From NCBI RefSeq assembly GCF_009914755.1, contig NC_060933.1: a DNA stretch of 64,000 nt; one strand, 5' to 3'. This document shows, piece by piece, positions 15,345-27,585 of this stretch. Numbering within the stretch: the first letter of the stretch is position 1; every line of letters starts with the position of its first letter. Origin of the DNA: the human T2T-CHM13v2.0 reference genome, Homo sapiens. The position numbers were made by a program, and so were the translations under genes. Below the pieces are notes generated by a model. The model did not search any database. It saw nothing but the letters and a program-made list of their open reading frames with translations, and was not told where the DNA came from.

Positions 15345-15702
15345 CCTTCTTCAAGTGTGGCCTGTCTCAGAATCATCCAGTTAAAGGTGCATATTCTTGG
15401 GCCTCATTGGTGGTGGTGGTGGTGGTGGTGGTGGGTGGGTAGGGAGGGCAAGAGACTGCATGTTCAAAAAGCTCCCTACAGGGTTCTGATGCACACTAAG
15501 GTCTGACAGCCATTGTTCTGTGAAGTGCTTCTCAGCTTGGGCTGCACACTAAAAATCACCTGGAGAGATTTTTAAAATATCCATGCCTGGGATCCACACT
15601 AGAGGAACTAAGTAAGAATATCTGGGCATGGGGTCTTGACAGCAGTCTCTTTTTAAAATACCTTAGGTGATTCTAAGGTGCAGACAGGTTTGAGAATAAC
15701 TT
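15345..15702. mobile_element. Two adjacent MER5-family hAT-Charlie elements; the first contains a (GGT)n run
   Basis: agaatcatcc...ttctgatgcacactaagg and aatcacctggagag...ggtgattctaaggtgcagacaggtttgagaa. Confidence 0.7.
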
Positions 15703-15744
15703 GAATTGGATGAGAGTAACCTAATGCTTTTAGTGATTTGCATG

Positions 15745-16008
15745 AGAAAAAGAAAGGAAAGAAAAAAAGGAAGGAAGGAAGGAAAAAAGGAAGGAACAGG
15801 AAAGAAAGAAAGAGGGAAGGAAGGAAGGAAGGGATCACTCTAGTAGATACTAAGAAAGGAAAGAAAAAAGAAGGAAGAATAAAAGAGGAGAGACAGAAGG
15901 AAAGAAAGAGAAAAAGAAAGAAAAGAAAGAGAGAGAGAAAGAAAGGCAGGAAGGAAGGAGGGAGGCAGGGGAGGGAGGGGGCAGGGATCACTCCTATAGA
16001 TACTAAGA
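15745..16008. repeat. GA-rich low-complexity tract with an internal direct duplication
   Basis: Two polypurine blocks, each ending in gggatcactc...tagatactaaga (15831-15855, 15984-16008). Confidence 0.9.
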
Positions 16009-16099
16009 TGAGTGTCCAATCCATTCTTACTCTTGTATTTTAGGACTACATATAAATCTTTGGAGCTTCATAGCAGCTTCCCTTGATAACCCAAATCAA

Positions 16100-16250
16100 G
16101 TAACTCACTGACACTTTATTTCTTACCTGGAGCACTTTTTAAAAACCCAGGCTATATCCCAGACCTAAGTAAGGATTTCTGGGGGCAGGACCATCAATGT
16201 TGTTAAAGTTCCCTGGGTGATTCCACTGTGCAGCAAGGGTGAGAATTGCA
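16100..16250. mobile_element. MER5-family element
   Basis: acctggagcactttttaaaaacccaggc...ccctgggtgattccactgtgcagcaagggtgagaattg. Confidence 0.65.
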
Positions 16251-16468
16251 GGAGGATGCCCGGGTGAGGATGGGCACAGAGGTGTCTCCATGTCTTAGTT
16301 CATTTGACTTTCATCTTCCACTTGGGTAGCTCACTACAATCGCCATAGCCACTGTGTCTGTGGTGTTATACTGTCACCTGCCTAAAATTCTAGCTTAGCT
16401 GGAGAGGTGGGCATTTTCATACAGAACTTTACAAAATACAAACGGAGAACCTATCAAAAGCCTATCAA

Positions 16469-16636
16469 TAAGGTTGCCAGATTTAGCAAATAAATACAGG
16501 ATTCCCAGCTAAATTTGAATTTTAGATAAACAAGAAATGATTTTTAGTATAATTATGTTTCATGCACAAAATAAAAAATTATTTCTTCTTTGATGAAATT
16601 TAAATTTAGCTGGGAATTCTCTATTTAATCCTACCT
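16469..16636. mobile_element. MER53 palindromic hAT MITE
   Basis: ggttgccagatttagcaaataaatacagg...cccagctaaatttgaattttagataaac mirrored by tgaaatttaaatttagctggg. Confidence 0.8.
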
Positions 16637-17069
16637 ATAAAGGAAGTTAAATCAAATCAATTTAAAATAGCAGGTGTCTGATTCTACAGTTAATAACAGG
16701 TCTCCAGGATTGCTGTGCCCTGGAGGCTGCCCCCAGGATAATTAGGCCTGAGCCCCAAAGTGTTAGTCCCCCTTTCTTAAGTCACTGTTAACAAGGAGGG
16801 AGTTGACCACTAATTACATTTTTTCCCTTGATGATCTAGGTCAACACTTAGTCTGGAGCATCTAGGAACCCCTAGAAGCATTGTTCTAGTCACTTTCCAT
16901 TTCAAATCGGAGGGGTGTGTCTCATGTTGAGCCAGTATAACAATTGACTTCATCTTTCCTGGCTCGGGTTACTACCTCTGCGCACATGTTGAGAGTTCTA
17001 GTTCAAGCCCACTGACTGCAGGCAACAGGAAAGGCATCTGTAACATTACGCACAAACCATTACTCATAC

Positions 17070-17237
17070 ACAGGGCCACCTTCATGGGACTGAGATCTGT
17101 GCTGTCATATAGCTTAGCAGGGCTGCCTGCTTGGTTTAATGCTCTGTTGTCAAGATTTTGAAATTCTTAATATTTTATAAATGAGGGGTCTGCATTTTAT
17201 TTAGCAATGGACACTGAAAATTATGTAGCTGGTCCAG
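17070..17237. mobile_element. MER91A-like hAT-Tip100 element
   Basis: cagggccaccttcatggg...cttggtttaatgctctg...ttgaaattcttaata...aaattatgtagctggtcc. Confidence 0.7.
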
Positions 17238-17833
17238 CTCATGCAACAAAACATGGGCAATATAGACTAAAAGCAGTGGCATTTTTGCACAGCTGATAAT
17301 TTACATTCCTGGTAGTGGGTATGGCCTTAGTCTTCTCTCTTGGGTAGGTGATATTCCTTTGGCGGGGAAAACCATAACAACTGCCTACCCATGCCTTCTA
17401 GCTATTTCAGGGATGCCTGCCTTAACAAAGACTTCTGCCATCCAAATCCAGACGTTTTATCTGGGAGCTTGAATTCACCTACATATCATTTCAAGTGTGG
17501 CTATCTTTCAGAGTGGCATTTAGTAGGTGTCGCCATTCATCAATCAGCAATTATTGAGTATCTGGCCCTGTGCAAGACATCTTTCCTCGCTTGCCCCTTC
17601 ATCATTATCAATCATCACAGTAGATGTATCCAGTGCCCATCTGTGCATGACCCTTTGTTTCAAGATGGTGTGTGCTAAGCTGTATTCTGTCAGCGAAATG
17701 AGCCCCCACTCCAAAAGGCAGTCAGGGTTGTCTTTGGAACAGAGAGTTTCTCCTCAGCTAAAAAAGGATGTGTCTATCAAGTGCTAAAGCCACGGGATAT
17801 GTTTTCTGGCCACTACTAGATTTAGACAGAGAT

Positions 17834-17875
17834 AACAACAACAAGAACAACAAGAACAACAACAACAACAACAAA
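17834..17875. repeat. (CAA)n trinucleotide repeat, imperfect
   Basis: Direct reading. Confidence 0.9.
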
Positions 17876-19249
17876 AATGCACAAAACTCCAAAGATGGCC
17901 CATTGGGTTGGCAGAAAACCAAAGCTGCCCCTCCCCCCTTCTTTGTAATGGTCAGGTTGTAAAATCAGGCAGTTGTCTCTCAAAATCATTGCTGAAGATA
18001 GCCGCATGGGTAACAGCAGCGTGAGGCTGACCCAGGGAAGCCAGCTGATGGAAAACTATTCTGAAATCCTGTGTGTGAAAGTAACCTGAAAAATAAAATG
18101 TGTGAGAGCAACGTAAGGCATTTCTTTTCTTATTTATGGCTCATAGAGCTTGCTTGAGGCATTTCAGCATTTCCCCTGCAATGCCAGCAAATCCTAATCT
18201 AATATAAAACTCAAAACAATTGACAAGACAGAACAGCTCCAGAAACATAAGGAGGCCCTCGTGGTTGAAGAGTAAGACAGGATTTACTGGCATGGCTCGT
18301 GTATTGTGCCAAGGCATAATGCTAGATCCCATCACATTGTGGGGCCGTCTTAGAACAGAAATCTCAGGGAAACAGAGCTTCTTACCATTCTAGCAAACAC
18401 CATAGTTCTGTTCTTTGCCAAAATGTTTTTAAGTTAGCCTTATGGCAGAAGTAAAATTGTTAAAATATGCTGACATATTGTGAACATTTTATTAATCAAA
18501 GAGTTACTATTCAGGTATTTAAGGCCGTGCATGTTGATATGGGGCAAAAAAATCACTGCTAGGTTTAGAGAAATGCAAGAAGAGGGCAGCTCTTCCTATG
18601 ATCTGCCCTGTTCTTTTGCCCTAGTTGGTTGGGAAATGATGGCTATGTTGGTGCTTTTAAGTAAGAGAAGTAGCCCTGCAAGGAACTGAAACATCTTGAA
18701 TGAGGGAGGATGCTCCTGAGTTGAATTAAATGGAGTGGAATGATGGGCAAGAACCCACCAGGTACTTGGAGCATGTGAGTTGCAGTAGGGAAAGTGGGAT
18801 GAGCAAGTACAGTCAATGCCCTTGGGGGACTTGCATCCTCATTGAGAGAATAAATTATTATCCTATTAGATTACACTCTAATGTAATGTTATTGTTTTCT
18901 AGCATAATCTAATATTATCATCTAGTATGCAGGACCACAGTTTCTTGTCCAAAACTCATGGAACAGGATGCCTTGGATTTGGGGGATTTGGAAATTTTGG
19001 AAATGCTCACTATGGTTCATACAGTGATTATCACTACCACCTCCGCTGGGGCCTTGGGGAGCTCTCCACAGTCAATGATATTTCTGCGGTGGCACTGAGG
19101 CTGGTCCCAGTAACTGGGATCAGTAAAGTCTACAAAGAACCTTACAACAATTCAAGTCAGATTTTCCTGCCAAGCGAGTGTAACTTTGGGTTTTCAGAAC
19201 ATCTTGGATTTCAAAAGTGCAGATAATAGATTGAGAGCTTGTCGTAGAG

Positions 19250-19293
19250 TATAATATAATATAATATAATATAATATAATATAATATAATAAT
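19250..19293. repeat. (ATAAT)n pentanucleotide repeat
   Basis: Direct reading, about 8 units. Confidence 0.95.
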
Positions 19294-19429
19294 ACTGGAA
19301 TATACTATAACAGAAATTCAATGAGGGCATTATTTCCCAAATACCCAGAACAATTCCTGGCACAGAGTAGGCATTCAGTAAATATTTGTTAACTAAATAA
19401 CAAAAGTAATAAGAAGAAATGTTACTTGT

Positions 19430-19850
19430 TATTTTATTGAGTGTCTATACCATGTCAGGCATAGAGAAGCTTCATACTAATCCTTTCAGGTAGGTGTTGT
19501 TATTCCTATTGTTATTCTTATTTTAGAGATGAGGAAACTGTTTCTGAGAGAAGTTAAGTGACCAAAGCTACCAGGGTGGCAGTTGATAAAGCTGTGATTG
19601 AAACTAGGGGGTTTGGCTATGGGGATCAAGAGCCCACTTGGAAATGTCAGGCTGCCTGGGATCTAAGTCCTAATTCTGCCGCTCACTGGCCAGGTAAACT
19701 TACACTAATGGTCTGACTTTGCTGTGCCTCAATATCTTCACATGTAAAATGAGAATAATAAGTTCTATGTTATAGAATTATTTACAGATATATATAAAGT
19801 GCTTACAAACTGTGTTTGGAACTTAGATAGACCCTCAATGAATGTTAGCT
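19430..19850. mobile_element. Two MIR SINEs in opposite orientation
   Basis: attttagagatgaggaaactg (minus) and tgtgcctcaatatcttcacatgtaaaatgagaataata (plus). Confidence 0.75.
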
Positions 19851-20049
19851 TAAACTGATGCTTTCGAGGGAGGCTTTGTAGCAAAGAATTTTGTCTGATT
19901 GAATAGAGAATAAAAAGATAAAACTTTAGATAACCTCATATATAACCCACTAATCAAAGAATAATCACATGCTACTATGATAAACTCAGGATCCAGTAAC
20001 TAAGTCTAAGTCACAAAAGAAAGTCTATTTGGTTGTCTCAAGTGATTTA

Positions 20050-20910
20050 GGTGTTGCTAAAACTAAATAACTTTTCTTTTAAAAATTGGTAGACTAAGAA
20101 TAGAAGAATGCTTCCTTTATATGCTAAAGATGCCATGTCATATACCAACAGTCACCATCATACTTACTGATAAAATCTAAGAAATTTTCCCATTAATATC
20201 TGAAGCAACACAAGAATGCCTATATTATTACCATTATTTTATCACATCCTGGAAGTTCTGGCTAATGGCATAAGACATGAAATGGTTATAAAAGGTTTGC
20301 TTATGGAAAAGGCAAATATATTAATAATTATAGATATTATGCTTTCTTCAAAAATAGTGGAGAATCAAATTACAAATCCAATAATAAAACTAGAGGTCCT
20401 ATAATCTGGCTGGATACCATATACAATATTTAGTGGCTTTCCCATATGTTAGCAATAATGTTAGACAATATAATGGCAAACGTGTCACTCAGAATAGGAA
20501 AACAACAACAGCAGCAGGAACAGCTATAGTACATCCAGAAGAAAATAGCGACAGAGATGGGGAGGAAGTTATGTGGACAAGATTGTTAGTCTCCACAGAA
20601 CTTACAATAGCAAAAAAAAGGAAAAAGAAAATAGTGTGCAGTAATACCAGAATAATTAACCGAATTCATTGAGTGATGGTAAAATTGCAGAGATAATAAA
20701 ATAAAGTACATGCTCGCCATACAATGTTAAGAAAAAATGTACAATATTACACTATTTTCAGTGTATATTGTATATGCATTATGATCCCAAACTTATTTTT
20801 TATGCAGTAAAAATGATGAGATCAAGATGTTATTATCAGACATGGGGTTGTAGGTGATTTTTATTTTCTTCTTTATACTTACCGCATTTTCCAAATTTTC
20901 TACAAAAAGC
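20050..20910 (+). mobile_element. Ancient L1M fragments (ORF2 and 3' end)
   Basis: aacacaagaatgcctatattattaccatt...ctggaagttctggctaatggcataagaca (decayed ORF2) and L1ME-like 3' end ttttattttcttctttatact. Confidence 0.7.
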
Positions 20911-22999
20911 AAGCACACAGTCATAGAATACAACATGTTACTCAAAAGTATTTAAGAAAAAATAATACCAGAGGAATCAATGTACCTACTATTACTTTTC
21001 TTCCGATATAGTATATTGTAATTCACTATTATAATAGTTCACTATTTTGTGAAGTTTTATTGCCAATATATAATTTAAAGCAAAATAAATGGTGGCTTAT
21101 TTACCAAAAATAGATAATTCTGGACTTTAAAATATAAAATAACACTACATACCTTCTGCTTCATTGATTTAAAAAATTGAAATTCTGTACAGAAGCCTTA
21201 ATGATTTTTTTTTTTTACAATGTTTTGCTATGCAACTTGGATTCAATTTCTGGAGTAGAGGGAATGCCAAGATGTGCACAAAGGCCTTGGGAGGTGAAAT
21301 AACATCCATTTCATTAATTCTTTGAAAAATAAATGACCTCACTTTCTTTATGACTATAGTAATTAACACTCACATTTGCACTGATTCAGAACGATGCTTT
21401 GTATTATTTATTACCACCCATTTGTGGTTTGGTGGTCAACCTAATGGGTATCTTTGTCAGAAAGTTTCTGTTTGTGAAACACATTGAAGTTGTTCTCATC
21501 TGCTTGTCCAATAATTTCTCATCAGAAGAGTCAAATACACTTTAAAAAACTTGAAATAATGCAGACCACAGATGAGGGCAGATTTTAATTCTGACTTTTA
21601 ATTGGCCTGTCTTGTATCCTGTTCACTCTGGTAAAATGCAATATTGATTAATTTCCATGAATCCCTTAGTCCCTTGCACAAAGCTTAGTATGTAACAGTT
21701 GTTCAGGAAATGTATGTGGACTGGATAGAAATGAGAATAAAAACCAGAGGCTTCAAACTCTTGGACCCGTCCTCCCATTTCACTGTGACGGGTCTTAGTA
21801 CATTTTGATTCTCATCTAAAGACATTAATCCTTGGGGTCACTCTTACTCTGTAAAGAGCAGTGACCATCTTGCTGCATTAGGTCAACACCAGATATTTAT
21901 GGAGCGCGTACAGGCCATGTGCTGAATCGGGCTGAGCGTTAGTTTTTATGATGTGGAGCTGATTTCAGAGCCTCTAGCAGATGCAGAGCAATCTGTGCAT
22001 TCTTCAGGCCAGGCCCCAGCGTGCCTGTGGGTTTTCTCTGCTTTGCTGCCCGGGAGCTATGCTGCCGCCTTCTCCCTAATCCCTGCAAACAGGCAGCGTG
22101 TGAGGAGTCTGCCAGCACATCAAGTGTGTCTGCAAAATGCAGACAAATTGCTGCTCTTTATTAGAGGTACGGATGAAGGACTCTGGGAAGCTCTGAAACT
22201 ACAGGGCTTTGGGTTTCTTGGCTACTTTTTTCTCAAGCTCTACTTTCAGAAATACGATGTTAGTAAGTGGTACATTTCACTGCCAACATCCCTCCCTTCC
22301 TCCTTTCATTCCTCGTTCTTTCCCTTTCTTCCTCCTCCTCCTCCTCCCTCCTTTCTTAAAAATTTAGAAATAAAATAAGACCTTCTTATTGCTTTTTCTT
22401 GCTGATTAGGAAAAATAGCCAGCCAGTTCTAAGTTTGGTCCTTTGTGAGAAATGTGTCCTCTGCCTGGCGTCAGTCATGCTCTCATGTGAACATTCCCTT
22501 GAATTTGTCCTGTTTCCAGCTCATCCTCTGCTACCTTGATGCATTCCAGGACCACAATCATTGACAATTCTTTTTTTTTTTTTTTTTTTTTTTAACTCTT
22601 TCTCACTCTGCTCTTGTCTTCGCTTTGTCTAACTTTGATTCTGTGGTCGCTGGTTATAAGGTCACTGTTTTTTTGAGAAAATCAAAGCTGTCTGAAGAAA
22701 ACACCCACAAGCCTCCCCAGACCATATGCCACCTTTATATGCATGGCCATGGCTCTGCCTTCTCTCCTGATACAAGGCTTCTCCCCAGGACCGCCCTCCC
22801 CATGTGCACTGGCTGGACTCTGACCTCTTTTGCCTGTTGAAAGACATCACCCCAGCCATTGTCCACTCTCTTTCCTGCAGCGTTACATTTTCTTCTGAAC
22901 CGGATCATTCCCATCAGTTTACAAATCTGGAAGCTCATATTCCTCTATTCCTCATGTCTGAAAAAACACACTGCTCTTGACTTCCCATGCACCATGCCC

Positions 23000-24195
23000 C
23001 AATCTAGCGCGCTGTTCTCCTTTGCCTCCAACAACCTTCTCTCGAAAGGGTTCTTTCTTTCTCCAATTCCTCTCTTTCTCCTTTCTCTTTAATTCCCTCA
23101 AATCAAGCTTTCATTCCAAATGCTGCACCAGAGTGTCCCCTTCAGAGGTCGTTGCATTGCTAAGTCCCATAGCCCCTCCCAGTTCTTATCCTACTTGGCC
23201 TGTTGGAGGCACCCAGCGCAGCTTCTTGTTTCCTTCTTCACTGACTTCACTTTCTTCACTGGCTCCAGGCTGCTGCATTCTCTCTTTTCCTTCTACATGG
23301 GTAGTAGAAGGAAACTACCAAGTGGGACTGTTGCTGAGCCCTGAAGCTCAGTCTTTGAGACCCTCTCCTCTCCAGCTGCTCTCCCTCATATGGGGATTTT
23401 ATCCAGTCTCATGGGTAGAAACCTCAGATGCATTTTGAATCCGTCTCCATGCTGGCATTGCCCACCTCTCGTTTCCAATGGAGACCTGTCTTCCGAACTG
23501 TAGGCTCGTATGCCACCTATCTGCTCAGCAGCTCCACTTGGATGCCAGGTGAGCATCTTACACTTGGCATGACCAACACAGAGCGCTGAGCTGTCCCATG
23601 AGATGTGACCCTCCCACAATCAAACCCAACTCAATAAATGGACACCCAGGCTGAAACCTGTGAGTCCTTGTGACCCCTCTCTTCACTTACACCCCCAGCC
23701 TATATTAGCTCTGCCTTCAAAGTATAGCTAGACTCCAACTACTTTGCTTCACCTTCACAGCTACTAACCTGGTGCAGTCTTCTCTAATCTCTCCTAGAAT
23801 ATCTGGCCACATTGGCCAGAGTGCACCCTGGGCACCGTACTCTCTCCCTACAGCATTTGTATCTGTGGCTCCCTCTTTCTGGAATGTTTTTCTCCTCTCC
23901 TTCAGGTCTTTGTTCAAATATCACTGTCTCCCGGAGGCCTTCCCTAACCATTGTTTTCAATTGCAGCCCTTATACCTGCTAGACTGTCCCGGTCCCTCCT
24001 CCCACCTTACTTATGGTCAGAGCACTTGCCACTCTCAGATGTGCTGCAGATTTCCTTGTTGTCGTTGGTAATTCTCTGTCTGCCCCCACAAAATATAAGC
24101 TACATTCACGGCAGAAATTTTGGTCCATTTCTTCACTTGTCCTAAAACAGTTCATTGTAATAAATATTTGTTGAATAAATGAATGAAAGAATGAA
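23000..24195 (+). mobile_element. L2 LINE 3' fragment
   Basis: ctccacttggatgcc...catcttacactt, ccctctttctggaatg, and the L2 terminus taataaatatttgttgaataaatgaatgaa. Confidence 0.75.
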
Positions 24196-26952
24196 CATCC
24201 CAGGTTGAATCTAGGGCACAGCAAGGTTCAGAGCCATGTGATGAGACGCATCCCAAGAAAAGTGTCACTGTTAGTGGCCCAGATGTTTCCACATGTGCAG
24301 ATATGTTCAATCCCATAGACAAAACATTGAAGCAACCAGTGGAACTATTCACCCTTTCTCCAGAAGTTTGATGACACAAGCAGTGTGAATGACTCTGGAA
24401 TCCCTGCTAATCCCCTGTTTTCATGTCCAGCCAGTCTTGCATACCATTACATTTCTTCTGCTCAGGAAAAGGCTGACTGAGCTTTGTCTGGGTATAGGAC
24501 GTACTTTGGGATGCAACTCCGTTCCTCGTGAAGAGGCTCTGACCTCTCTATCTGCACTTCCTTCTTTACTCTTCACCCTCCTGATCTAAGTCTTGCCCTC
24601 CTGCAAATCATACTCCCCATGGCTGCCAGCGTTATCATCATAAATCTGTGTTTTCTTATCTGAGGGAAAGAACGTTTTTAAGGCACTATGTGAGAATCTC
24701 ATTCTGGTTCTGGATAGCTCAACAGCCAGCTCTGAACCCAGAGGAATGCCGTTGGCTGAAGTTACTGATCTGCTTCAGGATTTTACCTCCACTGCAGGCT
24801 CACAGGTATCTGACTGCTCCAGGGTTGGGACTCTGGCCGTGGCTCTGCCTCTCCTCGTTTTCCACCCATAGTGCTGCTTCCCTGGCCTCACTCTGGGTTC
24901 TCCAGCAGAAACCGGCATGCTCATGGGTGCTCCCATCTCCCTGGGGCTGATTTCAGTGATGGTTGGGGCTTCCCTCCGTATGACCATTGGAACCTCACCT
25001 CATCCACAGTCTGGCACCACTACTTGGCTACATTAATTATTCAAACCCTCAGTTTTTTAATGCCACATTTGGAGAGAACTAGATCTGAGTGAACATTTGG
25101 GAAAACTAGACCCACTGTTAGAGCCAATGCAAAGGCCTTAGAAGACCTTAGACTGGGGGAACCCAGTTTTCCAGAAGTTTATGAATGACCAGGAGTGTCT
25201 CTAAGGAGAGGAATGAGGCAGAGTATGTACCTAGAGGACCTCATAATCTATTCCCATGATCCAGTCTTTTTGAATAATTCTTGGCATCTAAGAGCAAGAA
25301 CTACATATTCACTTTGCTTCATTTGCTGTCTGTGTGGCTGAATGAATTCCCCAGCACCTCAGTTCCCTCCTGTAGGAATGGGGGGTCATAGCATCTACTG
25401 GATGGTATTACGGTGAGGAGCTAATAAAATGCCTCATGCGTATAAAGAACTCAGTAGGTGCTAATTCTTCCTACTATATGGCACACAGTAGGTTTTCAAT
25501 CTCAACATTTTAAGTTAGTGGGTTGGTTCCCTGGGTCTACAGTAGATGAGTAGTTATTATGCCTGCAGGTGCTCTGGATGCCTTGTAAAGTGAATGAGGC
25601 ATGCGACCTGTGTTTCTGCTCTTCTCTCAGTAGCCTCCCCTCCCAGCACAGCATTCTCTCAGTTCCCAGGAAGTCCCCTGAGCTGCAGGCCTTTCTCACC
25701 TTTCACTTTCCTTCCGTTAGAGGTGGCTCCCACTGCCCTTCACTCCCAGGACCCGACTGAGAGGTGAGCCAGCTGCCCACCAGCAGTGCTTGGTTTGAAT
25801 GGTTGTGATGGTTTGATGTGTTCTTTTTACCAGGGAAAGTTGCATTTTCCCTGGAGATTTTTGAGGGCAGTGTTAGAACTCAAAGGTGTGGCTCTCCAAA
25901 GGTGGGTCACGTGCAGCTTGGCCCTGCCCTCAGTCAGAGAACTGTAGGGGGCACAAGTCAGGGAGTGTTGCAACGCCTCAGCCCTGTGCAGACCTGCTGT
26001 AGGGGTAGAGGCTTTATGCTATGCACTATGTAGAATAAAGAGTTGAAAAACTAGAAGCTTTCTTTTAAGGAGTTTACAATCTAGCTGAGGACATAGATGA
26101 GTAAACAGATTGTTATAATCCATGGCTATCAAGATCTGCAAACAGTTTTATGTGAGCAGACAGGAGAAACATTTAGCCCAGTCTGAAGTGGTCAGGAAGG
26201 CATCCTGAAAGAGCTGATTTTTGAGGGAAAAGGATTTTAAGGGGGAAGGATTGGCATTGACAAGACATAGAGGCAAGACACAGCACAATATGAACATTGA
26301 GCTACCAATCACTACTGCAGTTGCTAGGGTGTAAGAGGGGAGATACGAGAAGAAAGTTGGGGCCAAGGCCTAGGTGAGGAGTTTGGATTCTAAGGCAGTA
26401 ATGTGAAGCCATTGATCCATTCTAAGTAACAATGAGGGGAGGAAGAGGATCCTAGTGGCAATTTAGAAAGGTCTTTTCAGCTGCAGCATGGCGGATGGAC
26501 CAGAGGAGGGAAAGAGGGAGGCAAGAGGCTAGAATAGGCCATAGCTGCAGCTGCCTGAGAGCTGGAGAGGCCTGGGCCAGAGTGCTGGCTGCTGCCTTTT
26601 CAGCCAACCTTAGTCCAGCCATGGATGGTTCACTGTTTTGAATAAATTAATGGGCTTTATATTTATAAACATATTACAGACTCCTCCCACATTCAGAATA
26701 AGTCAGAGAATTTTTGTAAGGGGAGGGAGGTCAAATTTTTGTAAGGGGAGGGGAAAAATGACTCCCTATTCTTCTCTTGTTATATTTGCTGATGTTTCTG
26801 GGTAACTTTCATAAATCTGTGGTCTTTTCCTGCCCTTCTGTTATAAACAGCTGACATTTCTGAAGGGGAACTGAGAAGCACAGTAACTGTAAGAAGCTAT
26901 AAAGTGTTAATCATGAGGGAAATGCAAATGAAAACTACAATGTAATACCTCA

Positions 26953-26954
<2 letters not shown>

Positions 26955-26991
<37 letters not shown>
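26955..26991. repeat. (CA)n microsatellite (copy 1 of a duplicated pair)
   Basis: Direct reading; same 3' flank as 27549-27583. Confidence 0.95.
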
Positions 26992-26993
<2 letters not shown>

Positions 26994-27544
26994 CTATCAC
27001 TATTTGTTTCTATTTATTCGTGGCTATTGCTATTGGCTTCTATTCGTTTCTGCCCATTACAGAAAGGAAAGTCTTCTCAAAAATGGCTGTTATAATTTCT
27101 TGGGTTGAATAAACCCAAAGAGGAAGAGTAAATACTAAAGAATTCATCCATGTAACCAAAAAACACCTGTACTCCAAAAACTATTAAAATTTGAAAAAAA
27201 AAATACCACCTTGCTCCTCAAGAATGGCCATAATTTAAAAGTCAAAAAACAATAGATGTTGGTGTGGATGCGGTGAAAAAGGAACAACACTTTTACACTG
27301 CTGGTAGGAATGTAAACTAGTACAACCTCTATGAAAAACAGTATGGCGATTCTTTAAAGAACTAAAAGTAGAACTACCATTCGATCCAGCACTACCACTA
27401 CCAGGTATCTGCCCAAAGGAAAAGAAGTTATTTGAAAAAGACACATGCATAGGCATGTTTATAACAGCAGAATTTGCAGTTGCAAAGATATGAAACCAGC
27501 CTAAGTGCCCATTGACCAATGAGTGGATAAAGAAAAATGTGGTG

Positions 27545-27548
<4 letters not shown>

Positions 27549-27583
<35 letters not shown>
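27549..27583. repeat. (CA)n microsatellite (copy 2 of a duplicated pair)
   Basis: Direct reading. Confidence 0.95.

Positions 27584-27585
<2 letters not shown>

Noticed and set aside
15653-16043. Lys/Arg/Glu-rich and Phe/Leu/Ser-rich ORFs resembling a basic or membrane protein
   Set aside because: They are translations of the GA-rich simple repeat. The same applies to 52347-52706 and 61388-61788.
22238-22268. Possible 13- or 25-nt microexon (ttttcag-like acceptor, gtaagt donor)
   Set aside because: Frame-shifting, weak exonic donor context (TTA|gt), and no supporting homology. Such pseudo-sites are common in long introns.
27130-27140. Splice-junction explanation for the chimeric L1 insert
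   Set aside because: The skipped interval (27728-28167) has no GT-AG ends on either strand, even allowing for the 2-nt microhomology.
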